Origin: Candidatus Onthoplasma sp. | GTDB taxonomy: Bacteria; Bacillota; Clostridia; Christensenellales; UBA1242 | Direction of reading: 5' to 3' | Assembly (NCBI GenBank): GCA_045633705.1 | Contig: JAZQYV010000019.1 | Location: forward strand, 57,633 to 121,632 | Length of the DNA: 64,000 nt | Part shown: positions 27,432 to 37,300 of the stretch, one piece after another | Layout of the letters: every line of letters begins with the position of its first letter | Numbering within the stretch: position 1 is the first letter of the stretch | The notes under the pieces: generated by a model | Database searches by the model: none | Told to the model about the DNA's origin: nothing | The model's input: the letters and a program-made list of their open reading frames with translations, nothing else | Position numbers and translations under genes: made by a program

Positions 27432-27917
27432 ATGCAAATTAAATTATTAACAAACAAAAATATTGAACAAATTAAAGACCTATATAATGATATAAAAGCA
27501 AACGCATTTACCCTTTGGGATGATAACTATCCAAATGAAGAACTTATTAATTGGGACATTGAAAGAAAATGTTTGTGGGGAGTATTTGACAATCGAGAAT
27601 TGGTTGCGGCAAGCTTTGCGGGCGAACGATGTGAAGATGGCGAAGAAGATTTTACATGGAAAGATAATTTTAAAAAGCGCGGAACATTTGCCCGAATTGG
27701 TGTTGCGCCAAACTATCAAAATAAAGGAATAGGTACATTTTTGGTGGACTTTATTTTAAAAACTTTAAAATCGCAGGGGTTTGATGGAGTTAGAATATTG
27801 GTTGGAATAAACAATAATAATGCCATAAAGCTGTATAATAAATTTGGGTTTGTAAATTGTGGACAAGCCCAAAGATATGGCCACGAATATTATTTGTTTG
27901 AACTTAGGTTAATATAA
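27432..27917 (+). CDS. GNAT family N-acetyltransferase
   Basis: 161 aa with the acetyl-CoA motif QNKGIGTFLV...AIKLYNKFGF. TGtTATAAT (-10 at 27420-27425) lies 6 nt before the ATG, with no SD. Confidence 0.8.
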   Translation: MQIKLLTNKNIEQIKDLYNDIKANAFTLWDDNYPNEELINWDIERKCLWGVFDNRELVAASFAGERCEDGEEDFTWKDNFKKRGTFARIGVAPNYQNKGIGTFLVDFILKTLKSQGFDGVRILVGINNNNAIKLYNKFGFVNCGQAQRYGHEYYLFELRLI

Positions 27918-27988
27918 GAATTATATAATGTTTTATAAGTAATATAATATTTCAAAATAAACAAAATTATTTTAATTACGAACAAAAT

Positions 27989-28018
27989 AAGAGCACGATT
28001 CAATTTAATGCTCTTTTT
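27989..28018 (+). terminator. rho-independent terminator after the GNAT gene
   Basis: AAGAGCA (27989-27995) / TGCTCTT (28009-28015) followed by a T-run. Confidence 0.5.
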
Positions 28019-28100
28019 GTTTGCAAAAATTAACAAAATTTTACAAAAAGTATGGATTTTGTGTGAGTTTTGTGTTAAAATGCAATTAGAGGGTGTAATT

Positions 28101-29132
28101 ATGATATATGGCGAAAAATTTAAGGCTGAAGAATGCTTTAGTTTAATGAAATTAAGTTGCTCATCAGATAAGATAAACTATGAAGAACTTGATATTTCAT
28201 CAATAAAATTTGATAGCAAAACTATTGTGATTTTGTGTGGAAATAATACAAAGAATATTTCAAGAGCTGGAGCATACATGACTTATTGTGCCAATTGGCT
28301 AAAAGGTAGTCCGTTGGAAAAAGATTGTACAATTTATTCTATTTATTATCCACAAAGTCAACCGCTGGATAATGGTTTAAAAACAAATTTGAGGTTTGAC
28401 TATGAAGGTTTAAGCAATATTTTGTTTGAGCAGGTTATTTATAAAAACAGTAAACGAGCATCAGTTGAGGAGATTGTTAAACATTTAAGTGATGTTATGT
28501 TTTTTGGTCACAGCATAGGTGGGTATGTAATGAATGAAATTACATACGAGTTAGGCAAAAAATTAAAATACGAAGGCTTTACAAAACAAGAAATTAACAA
28601 GATATTCTCTAGTATTGTGTTTGTAGGATATTCACCATTTGCATTGGTTGATGCACCAACCAAAAATATATATATAGCACCAATATATGATTCGCTTGGA
28701 AGTGTGAAGCTTGTATGCGAAAAAATGGAAGAAGACGGCACCTTTGTTTCATCAAACCAAAGTGTTGATGTTACAAAGGTGTGCCAAAGTGCAATCGATT
28801 CACATTTAGGATTTGTACAAATTTATAACGAAGCAATAAATAATCAAGATACAACATATTATGCAAATCATAATTGTTTAATTGCAACCCCAAATCTTTT
28901 ACTTGACGATGGAACACAAAAAGAGGACCATAACATGGCAGGCATTATTGACCACCCTTATGCAAATCAACACAAGACAAGAGCTGGGGAAATTACAACA
29001 AAATTAATAGAATATTTGTTTAAATATATACTTTTAGTTGAAAGGCGTAAACTTTCAACTAAAAGGCTATATAACAAAGTGACAAAACTTACAGAATTAT
29101 TAGAAGAAGACGATTTAAAGAGGGAGAAATAA
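28101..29132 (+). CDS. hypothetical alpha/beta-hydrolase-like protein with a Ser nucleophile elbow
   Basis: 343 aa from the ATG at 28101 (AGAGGG SD); the alternative start at 28008 in the track is rejected. The GHSIGG motif has its Ser codon at 28512-28514. A later conserved APIYD and an EDHNM segment could supply the Asp and His. No signal peptide. Confidence 0.6.
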   Translation: MIYGEKFKAEECFSLMKLSCSSDKINYEELDISSIKFDSKTIVILCGNNTKNISRAGAYMTYCANWLKGSPLEKDCTIYSIYYPQSQPLDNGLKTNLRFDYEGLSNILFEQVIYKNSKRASVEEIVKHLSDVMFFGHSIGGYVMNEITYELGKKLKYEGFTKQEINKIFSSIVFVGYSPFALVDAPTKNIYIAPIYDSLGSVKLVCEKMEEDGTFVSSNQSVDVTKVCQSAIDSHLGFVQIYNEAINNQDTTYYANHNCLIATPNLLLDDGTQKEDHNMAGIIDHPYANQHKTRAGEITTKLIEYLFKYILLVERRKLSTKRLYNKVTKLTELLEEDDLKREK

Positions 29133-30146
29133 ATGGCAAGACCGACACAACTGATAACCCACATGAAAGTGGGCAGACGTGCTCAGGAAGATGAGCACCT
29201 GCCCAACAACTGGGAAGATATAGACATTAACAATTTAATAATTCCTAAAAACAAAACTGTTTTTTTCTTCGGTGGAAACACAACTAATCGTGCGGTTACG
29301 GGCAATGGTAATATTAAAATAATGGCTTCTTATATTAATAACAATTCAAAGCCCAAAACCTCTCTTTATTCTTTCTGGTATGAGGAAGAACCTCTTAGGT
29401 CGGAAGGATATTTGGACAGAAATTATATAGATGAAGCAATAATGCTTTATGAAAAATCTTTTAAGCCACTTTTGTTTGATGATAAAGGTTGCATAAAGGG
29501 AAAGAAAGGCTTGGAACATACATTTGGCAAACTTATATTTGGGGCGCATTGCGGCGGAAGCAATTTTGTAAATATTATAATTAATGAAATATATAATACA
29601 TTAATACAAGAATATCCTGAAAATGTTGCAGAATTTTTAATAAACAAAATCAAATATTTTTCTTATGCTCCCAATTCGATGTTAGATCACAATGTAAATG
29701 CACTTGTTATAGCACCATATATTGACCCTGGATTTAGTTGGTTTAAGGCACTACAAGCTGCTGAAAGCAATAAAATAGATGTTGATTATCCAAAAGGCGT
29801 GATGAGAACATTATTTAAGGCAAAGCAACGAGGTTGTTTCCAAATGGTGCTTAATAAAGTGTTTCAATCAAGCAGGGCTATTATGTTCAAGGTGGGAAAT
29901 ACTGTATATATGATTTCAAATCAAATTAATCCGGACAAAAGTGTTGGGGACCACTCTATTGAATGTATTAGAAAACGTAAGAGTTTGGTTCCGAAAACTG
30001 ATTGTGAAAGAAATGCACAAGTGGTATGCAACGCATCAAATTTAGTTATAAATGAATTTTTATCACATGATGTAATAGATTTAAAATTTATTTTTAGTGA
30101 AATATCAGCCTCAGCCAAAACAACTAATGCTTATGGTGCTGACTAA
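29133..30146 (+). CDS. hypothetical paralogue of the preceding gene with Cys in the nucleophile elbow
   Basis: 337 aa. The ATG follows the upstream stop directly, with a GGGAG SD. The protein is colinear with its neighbour: FFFGGNTTN vs ILCGNNTKN, LYSFWY vs IYSIYY, GAHCGG vs GHSIGG (Cys codon 29550-29552), APYID vs APIYD, GDHSI vs EDHNM. Confidence 0.6.
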   Translation: MARPTQLITHMKVGRRAQEDEHLPNNWEDIDINNLIIPKNKTVFFFGGNTTNRAVTGNGNIKIMASYINNNSKPKTSLYSFWYEEEPLRSEGYLDRNYIDEAIMLYEKSFKPLLFDDKGCIKGKKGLEHTFGKLIFGAHCGGSNFVNIIINEIYNTLIQEYPENVAEFLINKIKYFSYAPNSMLDHNVNALVIAPYIDPGFSWFKALQAAESNKIDVDYPKGVMRTLFKAKQRGCFQMVLNKVFQSSRAIMFKVGNTVYMISNQINPDKSVGDHSIECIRKRKSLVPKTDCERNAQVVCNASNLVINEFLSHDVIDLKFIFSEISASAKTTNAYGAD

Positions 30147-30176
30147 GAGTTTAAAATAATTTTAATAATATGTTAA

Positions 30177-30205
30177 AAGAGCAAACTTTATATTGCTCTT
30201 TTTTA
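30177..30205 (+). terminator. rho-independent terminator
   Basis: AAGAGCAA (30177-30184) / TTGCTCTT (30193-30200) followed by a T-run. Confidence 0.7.
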
Positions 30206-30238
30206 ATATTTGTTAAGGTAATAATTTGTAAAAACATC

Positions 30239-30267
30239 TTGAAAAGGTGTAGACTTTATGATATAAT
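30239..30267 (+). promoter_or_regulatory. sigma-A promoter abutting the start codon at 30274
   Basis: TTGAAA (30239-30244), 17-nt spacer, TGaTATAAT (-10 at 30262-30267), then 6 nt (CAAAGC) and the ATG. No SD. Confidence 0.6.
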
Positions 30268-30273
30268 CAAAGC

Positions 30274-31239
30274 ATGAATAAGAAAGATTTAGAATACGCA
30301 TGGATATTAGATACATATTATGATGATAATTTAAAAAAGCAAACAGACCCAAGAGTGTTAGAGGCAATTAAATATTTTGAAGAAAAGCAAATGCGCAACA
30401 AGGGTATAGGAATGATGTATATATCATATATTTTTGCTAAACCTGGAGCAAATGAGTGGGAAGAATATGCAAAGGTTGAGAACCTAATTAAGCAATATAT
30501 TGCTAAATATGCTGAAAAGAACGGGAAATCTCTAGAGGATTATGAATTAGAATTTATTAACTATGGCAGAACCGAATTTGTATATGTACTAACCGACATT
30601 CAAACCGATGAAAAGATAACAATATTGGCAAAGCAGCCAATAGTAGAATATGGCAAACTAAAACAAGAAGTGAAAAATTTATTAGACTTACATACGATTG
30701 ATGGAAATGTTGTTGCGCCTATTGACTATTTTAGTATGGGCGAGCAAGAACTTTATGTAACACCATATATAAATCAAGCTAGGTGTATTGCAAGCTATGA
30801 AAAGTGGGGCATGTATGTGCCAGAACCACATTATCGATTTGTTGAATTTAGCAAAGTGCAGGAAAAGTATGTAAATATTTGCATGATTGCAAAGCTTGTT
30901 AGCTATTATGACCATGAAAAGCAAGAAGGTATTGCCTGTTGTAAGCTTGGTGGCGGTGACTTTATGCTTAAAAAGGGTTGGGAAAAGATGGAGCCTAACA
31001 CTGAAAACACTTTGGAAAATCTATTATTTATTGCCGCACGTGAAAAAATACAATGTTCATTTAAAGACTATTTAAATATATTGCGCAACGAATTTTCTCA
31101 AAAGACAATTGATGTGCCTGAAGATATGTTAAAGATTAATATTCGCGGGCGTGTAGCTATGGATAAAAACGACATTGAAACGGGCATTAAATTAGGCAAA
31201 ATATTGGTTAAAATGCGAGAAACAGGTTTAAAAATATAA
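30274..31239 (+). CDS. hypothetical protein (no family recognised)
   Basis: 321-aa ORF bounded by its own promoter and a terminator. No signal peptide or TM segment. Confidence 0.65.
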   Translation: MNKKDLEYAWILDTYYDDNLKKQTDPRVLEAIKYFEEKQMRNKGIGMMYISYIFAKPGANEWEEYAKVENLIKQYIAKYAEKNGKSLEDYELEFINYGRTEFVYVLTDIQTDEKITILAKQPIVEYGKLKQEVKNLLDLHTIDGNVVAPIDYFSMGEQELYVTPYINQARCIASYEKWGMYVPEPHYRFVEFSKVQEKYVNICMIAKLVSYYDHEKQEGIACCKLGGGDFMLKKGWEKMEPNTENTLENLLFIAAREKIQCSFKDYLNILRNEFSQKTIDVPEDMLKINIRGRVAMDKNDIETGIKLGKILVKMRETGLKI

Positions 31240-31243
31240 TAAA

Positions 31244-31269
31244 AATAGCGGCAAGTTCCGCTATTTTTT
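31244..31269. terminator. bidirectional terminator between convergent genes
   Basis: AATAGCGG / CCGCTATT hairpin flanked by an A-run and a T-run. Confidence 0.7.
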
Positions 31270-31292
31270 AATGTTAAATATTAATAAAATAA

Positions 31293-32417
31293 TTATTGTT
31301 CCTCAAATTCGATTTCAACCAATGTTCCAGTTTGAGCATCTTGAAACACCATAAAGTAGCCATCACTCATTACATCGTGAGGGTTTAAGGGCAGCCATTG
31401 ATAATGTTTGCCAAGGTCAGCTGGTGGTAAAGCGTTGTATGAGGCGGGGACGCCATAAGCGATATATTTTAGGATATTATCTTCATAAATTGTTCCAACA
31501 ACATACGAATTTTCTCCATCAACACTAATAAATTTTGAATTAGGAATAATGCTATCAAGAGTTTCATTAAGAGGATAATTATCAAACAATTCATCTAATT
31601 GATAAACTATATCATCTAAAAATGCTGTTTGGTTTAAATTATTGGTATTAGGTAAATTTTGCTCATTAGCAGCATCATTTTCTTTAAGCATTACACTATT
31701 ATTAATTTTAACTTCTTGTTCAAGTTTTGATATAACATTGTCCTGAAATTCTGCTATTTTTTCATCAATTTCAAAATCTGATATTTGTTTGTCAGTTTTA
31801 TAATCTGTGGGAGTTTCTTCATTTTCAAGAGATGTATTTTGCTCATGTTTAGTATTATTGAGTTTAGGTATAGTATCATTTTGGCAAGAAATTGAAGATG
31901 TGTTTATATTTTCCAAATTATCAGTTTCGCTAATTATAGAATTGTTTTGGTGGGAATAAAAGAACTTTTTGTATTCACAATCTTCGCAATTGCAAGCTTC
32001 GCACTTTTCATTACAGCCTAATGCATTATCAATTTCCTGCTCTAACTGTTCATCTTTCGCCTCCAACACAGCATCAAAAGGCGAGTCGGAAAAATAAAAA
32101 CCATTAAAACTACCACCCTCTAACAAAACTTTTTTGTCATGATTTGAGTTGTCAATAAGTGCGCAATATATACTTTGCGATATATCAATACTATTTGGCA
32201 AATCAAATTCGTAGTGGTTTGGCTTTTTGATTATGGTTGCAGTATGTACGTGTTCGTTAATATATAGCCCTATTTTTGTGTTTTGGGGCAAGTAATTTAA
32301 GTTGTATAACCTTATTTTACCTTTAATTTGTAAATTTTCTTTAGATAGAGTTAAAATTCCTTTAGGGGCATTACTTGCGATAGAACTGTTTGATAATATA
32401 ATTGTTTTACAAAACAT
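31293..32417 (-). CDS. hypothetical protein with a central Cys cluster
   Basis: 374 aa from the ATG at 32417 (GAGGT SD); the TTG at 32480 in the track is rejected. The centre has CNEKCEACNCEDCEYKKF, followed by an N/E/T-rich linker. The C-terminal domain ends in YIAYGVPASYNALPPADLGKHYQWLPL...GYFMVFQDAQTG. Confidence 0.65.
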   Translation of the reverse strand: MFCKTIILSNSSIASNAPKGILTLSKENLQIKGKIRLYNLNYLPQNTKIGLYINEHVHTATIIKKPNHYEFDLPNSIDISQSIYCALIDNSNHDKKVLLEGGSFNGFYFSDSPFDAVLEAKDEQLEQEIDNALGCNEKCEACNCEDCEYKKFFYSHQNNSIISETDNLENINTSSISCQNDTIPKLNNTKHEQNTSLENEETPTDYKTDKQISDFEIDEKIAEFQDNVISKLEQEVKINNSVMLKENDAANEQNLPNTNNLNQTAFLDDIVYQLDELFDNYPLNETLDSIIPNSKFISVDGENSYVVGTIYEDNILKYIAYGVPASYNALPPADLGKHYQWLPLNPHDVMSDGYFMVFQDAQTGTLVEIEFEEQ

Positions 32418-32667
32418 AAATACCTCAGTTATTAATATTAAAAAAGTGGAGATAATGTGAATATTTGCTAAACTCGACAAGCTTTATAATTTTTGCAAAT
32501 AATTGATTAGGCAACACTTGCAATAATTATACAATATTACAGTTTACAAAAATTAATAATATTGGTCGTATTTAGTAGTTTTAACACTTTTTTTGTTGTT
32601 TTGTTAAAATAAGGGCATTTGTTTGGGGCTAAAACAGGGTTTATATGAAAAACTTTGGTTAATATAA

Positions 32668-32697
32668 TTGACAAAGATTGTTAAATTGTGGTATTAT
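32668..32697 (+). promoter_or_regulatory. sigma-A promoter for the 32739 lipoprotein gene
   Basis: TTGACA (32668-32673), 18-nt spacer, TGgTATTAT (-10 at 32692-32697). Confidence 0.55.
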
Positions 32698-32738
32698 GAT
32701 TGCGTAAAAAATGGCAATAATTATATACGAGGATTAAA

Positions 32739-34076
32739 ATGAAAAAATTTATTACTTTTACATTATGTTTATTATTATGTATTGCACCGCTGGGTTTAAC
32801 AGCATGTGGCGACAAGAAGTCTGAAAAGGTGGATACAAGTGTTGCAAGCGTTGGTAATGGCGGAATGGTTGTGACACGCGGAAATTATGTGTATTTTGTA
32901 AATGGCTATAATGGTTATAGCACTTATACAAAAGATAATCTTGACAAAAAGTTTGAAGTTGGCGGATTATATCGTGCAAAATTAAACGAAACTAGTGGGT
33001 TGACTTATGATGAAAATGGCTCGGTGGTTGGTGCTGAAAGAATTAGCAGCCGTTTAGCAGGATTTGAAAGCACTAGCTTGTATGTGTTTGGAAATCATAT
33101 TTATTTTGCAAGCCCTATTACAGAAGTTAATAAGGACGGCGAATTGCAAACTAACAAGTTAGAGTTTAGTCGTGTTGAAATTGCTGGTGGAAAAACACAA
33201 CGTATTTATCAATCAAAGGTTGATGCTGCAAATGTTAAGTTTGAATTCTATTACGCTGAAGGCAAAGTGTATTTGATGATTAACGAAAATGGCACTTTAA
33301 AGCGCGTTAATTGCTTTGGAAAGTTTGGCAAAAGCACAATTGCCGAAAATATTGAAACGGTTGTACTTCCAAGAGACACTGATGATGTGTTTGAAAGCAA
33401 AAGCTATAAAAATATTTATTACACCAAGACTGAAGACGGAAATGTTGTAATATACAATTATAACATTGCAACAAATAGAACAGAGTATAAAAAGACTACC
33501 GACTACAAAACTTGCGAATTAATTGATTACAAGTTTGACCATTTGTATTATAAGGCTAGTCGTGCGGATTATCCAGGCTATACTTACTATTACCGTATGG
33601 CAGCTAATAAAAATGCAATTACAAACTTGGCTGAAGTTAAATTAACAAGAAATGGTGATTATACCGACTTCTATTTGCTAGAAAACGAAGTAAGCGGTTA
33701 CATTGCTCAAACCAGTGATAAAACTTACTATATTGACAATAATGGCGAAGCATTCCCACTAGCAGAAGAAAAATTAGATATTATAGCAATCAAAAATAAC
33801 TATATATATTTTAATTCAAGCAACACAATTAAACGCATCAATTATTACAATTTGCCAAGTGATAAAACTCAAGAAACTGTGTTACAACTTGATGGTTTGC
33901 AAGCGCATGATTATGATGTAGACTTTAACAATTTGTATGTATATGCAACAAGCGGAAGCAACACATATTTGTACAGCATTATGGTTGGCAACATTGTTGG
34001 CGATGAAGAATTTGAGGCCAAACTTTTAGGTGTTTACCAAAATGGTGATGCTCCTGAAATTGAGGACGAGGAATAA
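32739..34076 (+). CDS. lipoprotein, probably beta-propeller-like (DUF5050-like repeats)
   Basis: 445 aa with lipobox LTAC. Repeated G/N-x-(Y/I)(V/I)Y(F/Y) blades: GNYVYFVNG, GNHIYFASP, NNYIYFNSS, NNLYVYATS. GAGGA SD. Confidence 0.6.
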   Translation: MKKFITFTLCLLLCIAPLGLTACGDKKSEKVDTSVASVGNGGMVVTRGNYVYFVNGYNGYSTYTKDNLDKKFEVGGLYRAKLNETSGLTYDENGSVVGAERISSRLAGFESTSLYVFGNHIYFASPITEVNKDGELQTNKLEFSRVEIAGGKTQRIYQSKVDAANVKFEFYYAEGKVYLMINENGTLKRVNCFGKFGKSTIAENIETVVLPRDTDDVFESKSYKNIYYTKTEDGNVVIYNYNIATNRTEYKKTTDYKTCELIDYKFDHLYYKASRADYPGYTYYYRMAANKNAITNLAEVKLTRNGDYTDFYLLENEVSGYIAQTSDKTYYIDNNGEAFPLAEEKLDIIAIKNNYIYFNSSNTIKRINYYNLPSDKTQETVLQLDGLQAHDYDVDFNNLYVYATSGSNTYLYSIMVGNIVGDEEFEAKLLGVYQNGDAPEIEDEE

Positions 34077-34083
34077 TAAAACA

Positions 34084-34112
34084 AACAAGAACTGTAAAGG
34101 TTCTTGTTTTTT
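34084..34112 (+). terminator. rho-independent terminator after the lipoprotein gene
   Basis: AACAAGAAC (34084-34092) / GTTCTTGTT (34100-34108) followed by a T-run. Confidence 0.7.
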
Positions 34113-34144
34113 ATAAATTTGATTATATAAGTACGATATACAAT

Positions 34145-34179
34145 AAAAAAACAATCCCACATGATTGTGGGATTTTTTT
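34145..34179. terminator. second, bidirectional terminator-like hairpin in the convergent intergenic region
   Basis: ATCCCACA (34154-34161) / TGTGGGAT (34166-34173) flanked by A7 and T7. Confidence 0.55.
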
Positions 34180-34302
34180 GCATATACATAACAAAGGTTA
34201 ACAATCTAATAATCATAATTTAACGTCTTAAAAGATGGTTAATTAAACATATTTTGTATGTATATGTTAGTAGTATGAGCGCAAATCTAATATTTATTCA
34301 TA

Positions 34303-34341
34303 AAAAATAAAAAACACTCTTAAATTTTATTAAGAGTGTTT
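34303..34341 (-). terminator. rho-independent terminator after PFOR
   Basis: Perfect 11-bp stem AACACTCTTAA (34314-34324) / TTAAGAGTGTT (34331-34341), followed on the minus strand by a T-rich run. Confidence 0.75.
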
Positions 34342-34348
34342 GATATGG

Positions 34349-37300
34349 TTAATTTTTAACTTGTTTATATGCTTTGCGTCTCGCATCAGCATCTTGTTTG
34401 GATTGCTTTAATAACTTATCCTTGTTTTTAGGATTTACTTTATCCAGCACCTTAAATCTATTTTCGCTGTTAACAAATTCGTTATAATCGCTATAAGGCT
34501 CAACACTATCTATAGTCATAGTTGGTTTGGATTTTGGGTTATATCTAAACAATGTGTTATAGCCGCAAGCCACACTTGTAAATCCGTGTGTTTGGCTATA
34601 TTTCATATCGTAACCATGATTAATACAGGGGCTGTATGCCAAAATCAAACTTGGGCCATCATAGTTTTCTGCCTCAATCATTGCCTTTATAGCTTGGTCT
34701 GGATTTGCTCCCATATTAATTTGCGCCACATACACATCTTTGTAGGCCATCATCATAGAAGCGAGGTCTTTTTTCTTGGTTGTTTTACCTGTTTGATTAA
34801 ATTTAGCACTTGCGCCACGTGGGGTTGATTTGCTGGTTTGTCCACCAGTATTAGAATAAACCTCTGTGTCAAGTACAAGAATATTGATATTTTCGCCACT
34901 TGCAATAATATGGTCAAGTCCGCCAAAACCAATATCGTACGCCCAGCCATCTCCTCCAATTACCCAAGTGCTAGGCTTGAGAATCAAACCAATGTTATCA
35001 GATAGATATTTGTTTTGTTCGTCAATGCCACGTGTTGCAAAATATAGATTTAGCTGTTGTAAAATTTCACGATTTTGTTGATGATTGTTAGTGTCTTTTA
35101 AAAATTTATTTACGATCTGTTTGATATCAGAAGTAAATTCGGTTTCCTTTAAAGTTTTAATAAATTGTTCACGTTTTAGTGTGCTTGCTTGCATTATGCC
35201 AAAGCCAAACTCAGCATTATCTTCAAACAAACTATTTGCCCAAGCTGGACCTAAATTTAATCCGTCTTTTGTGTAAGGGCAGGTAGGGAATGTGCCACCA
35301 TAAATGCTAGAGCAACCAGTTGCGTTGGCAATTATCATTCGGTCGCCAAATAGTTGGGTTAGGGTTTTAATATAAGGCGTTTCGCCACAACCTGCACAAG
35401 CTCCACTATATTCGAAATATGGTTTTTTAAATTGTAAGCCTTTAACATTGATTAGCTCAAATGGGTGTTTTTGAGGTAGAGTATAAGCGTATTGTTGGTT
35501 TGCAAGTTCGACTTCCTTAAACTTGCTGTCACTTTCCATTGTAATTGCTTTGCCTTTCATTGGGCAAACTTGCGCGCATAATCCACAACCAGTACAATCC
35601 ATAGGTTCAACCTGCATGCGATATTCACCATCTGTTAAAAACGCTTTTTTAGATGCAAAGGTTTCAGGTGTTTTTTCGGTTTTATCAAATATGATTGGTC
35701 TTAGGCTTGCATGCGGACAAACTACACTGCAGCGCCCACATTGTATACAACTTTCAGCGTGCCAACAAGGTATTTCGCTAGCCACACCACGCTTTTCAAA
35801 TTTTGCAGTATCGCTTGGCATACTGCCGTCAGCTTTAAATTTGCTTACAGGAACATCGTTTCCTTTTTGCCTCATTATTGGTTTAATTACTTGTTCATAA
35901 TATTCTGTTTTCTCCGCCACCAAAGGTTGTTCAGTTGGGGTTAAAGCTGATATATTTATTTGCTTTAATGCTTTTTGTACAGCCATTATTGCCTTAATAT
36001 TGTTTTTTACAACATCGTCACCCTTTTTGGCAAACATCACTTCAATATTATGCTTTATCTGTTCAATTGCTTGCTCGTAAGGCAAAACGTTGGTAGCACT
36101 AAATAGTGCAGTTTGCATAATATTGTTGATTTTATTTCCTAAATTGTTTGCTAGCGCAATTTTGTCTGCATTAATTGTATACACTTTTAAGTTTTTATCT
36201 GCTATTTCAGCCTTTATTTCATTAAGCATAACAGTGTTAAGTTCCTTTGCAGAATAACTGCAGTTGATAATTAACATTCCATTACTGTGCAAACAAGACG
36301 CTATATTATATTTTTTCAAAAAGCTTGGGTTGTTGCAAAGAACCACATCAACTTGCTTTGAATTAAATGGTTTATTGATAGGGGAAGCGCTAGAACGAAT
36401 GTGTGAAATTGTTAAGCTGCCAGACTTTTTGCTATCGTAATCAAAATAGCCTTGAGCATATGAATTTTGACCTAAAATTTTGATTATGCTTTTAGCACTT
36501 GATACGCTACCATCACTACCAAGGCCATAAATACGTGCATTAAAATCACTGCTTGGTTCGGAATACAATTTTAATGGTGGTAGTGAATTGTTGTTTATAT
36601 CATCGGTTATCCCAACAGTAAATGGTGTCATCATTTTGTCACGCATATTATAGAATACACTAATAGCATCATCAGGCGTAAATTCTTTTCCGCCAAGGCC
36701 GTAAACGCCTTGTAAAATATTTACTTTAAGTTTATTGTTAAACACTGCATTTAATACGTGAGTATATATTGGATTTTGCCCGTTTGAATTAAAGTTGCGT
36801 TCTAGTATAGTTATATTTTTTACTGTTTTAGGTAGTTGATTAATAAAATTTTGTTCATCAAATGGTTGCAACAATCTAATATTGATTACACCAGTTTTAC
36901 CTTTCATATATGGCATTGCTTCTTTCAGAGTGTGAATGCTGCTTCCCATTGCAACTACAACATCTGTGGCTTCCTTATCGCCGAAATATTCGATTGTATC
37001 ATAAAAGCGTTCGGTTACAGCAGAAGTTTTGGCAAGAGACGCCTTAACGCTGTCAATAACCTTGTCATAATAAGGCTTGCAAGCCATGCGATTTTGGAAG
37101 AATACATCAGGATTTTGGTTTGTGCCTTTAGCATAAGGTTTGTAGCAACTTAGTGCACGTGATTTAAATCTTGCAATGGCGTCTTTATCAATTAGTGATA
37201 AAATTTCATCTTTTGTGGTTTGGTTGATAGTGTTTAGTTCATGAGATGTTCTAAATCCGTCAAAAAAGCAGATAAAAGGTGTGCTAGTATCAAGACTGGC

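Noticed and set aside
27357-32480. Calling the tRNA-Leu-adjacent block a mobile genomic island
   Set aside because: By eye I found no integrase or recombinase gene, no direct repeat of the tRNA 3' end and no IS remnants. It is reported only as a candidate accessory block that needs comparative confirmation.
34034-34216. 60-aa minus-strand ORF in the convergent intergenic region
   Set aside because: It spans two terminator hairpins and overlaps the end of the lipoprotein gene. Its composition is low-complexity and it has no SD.
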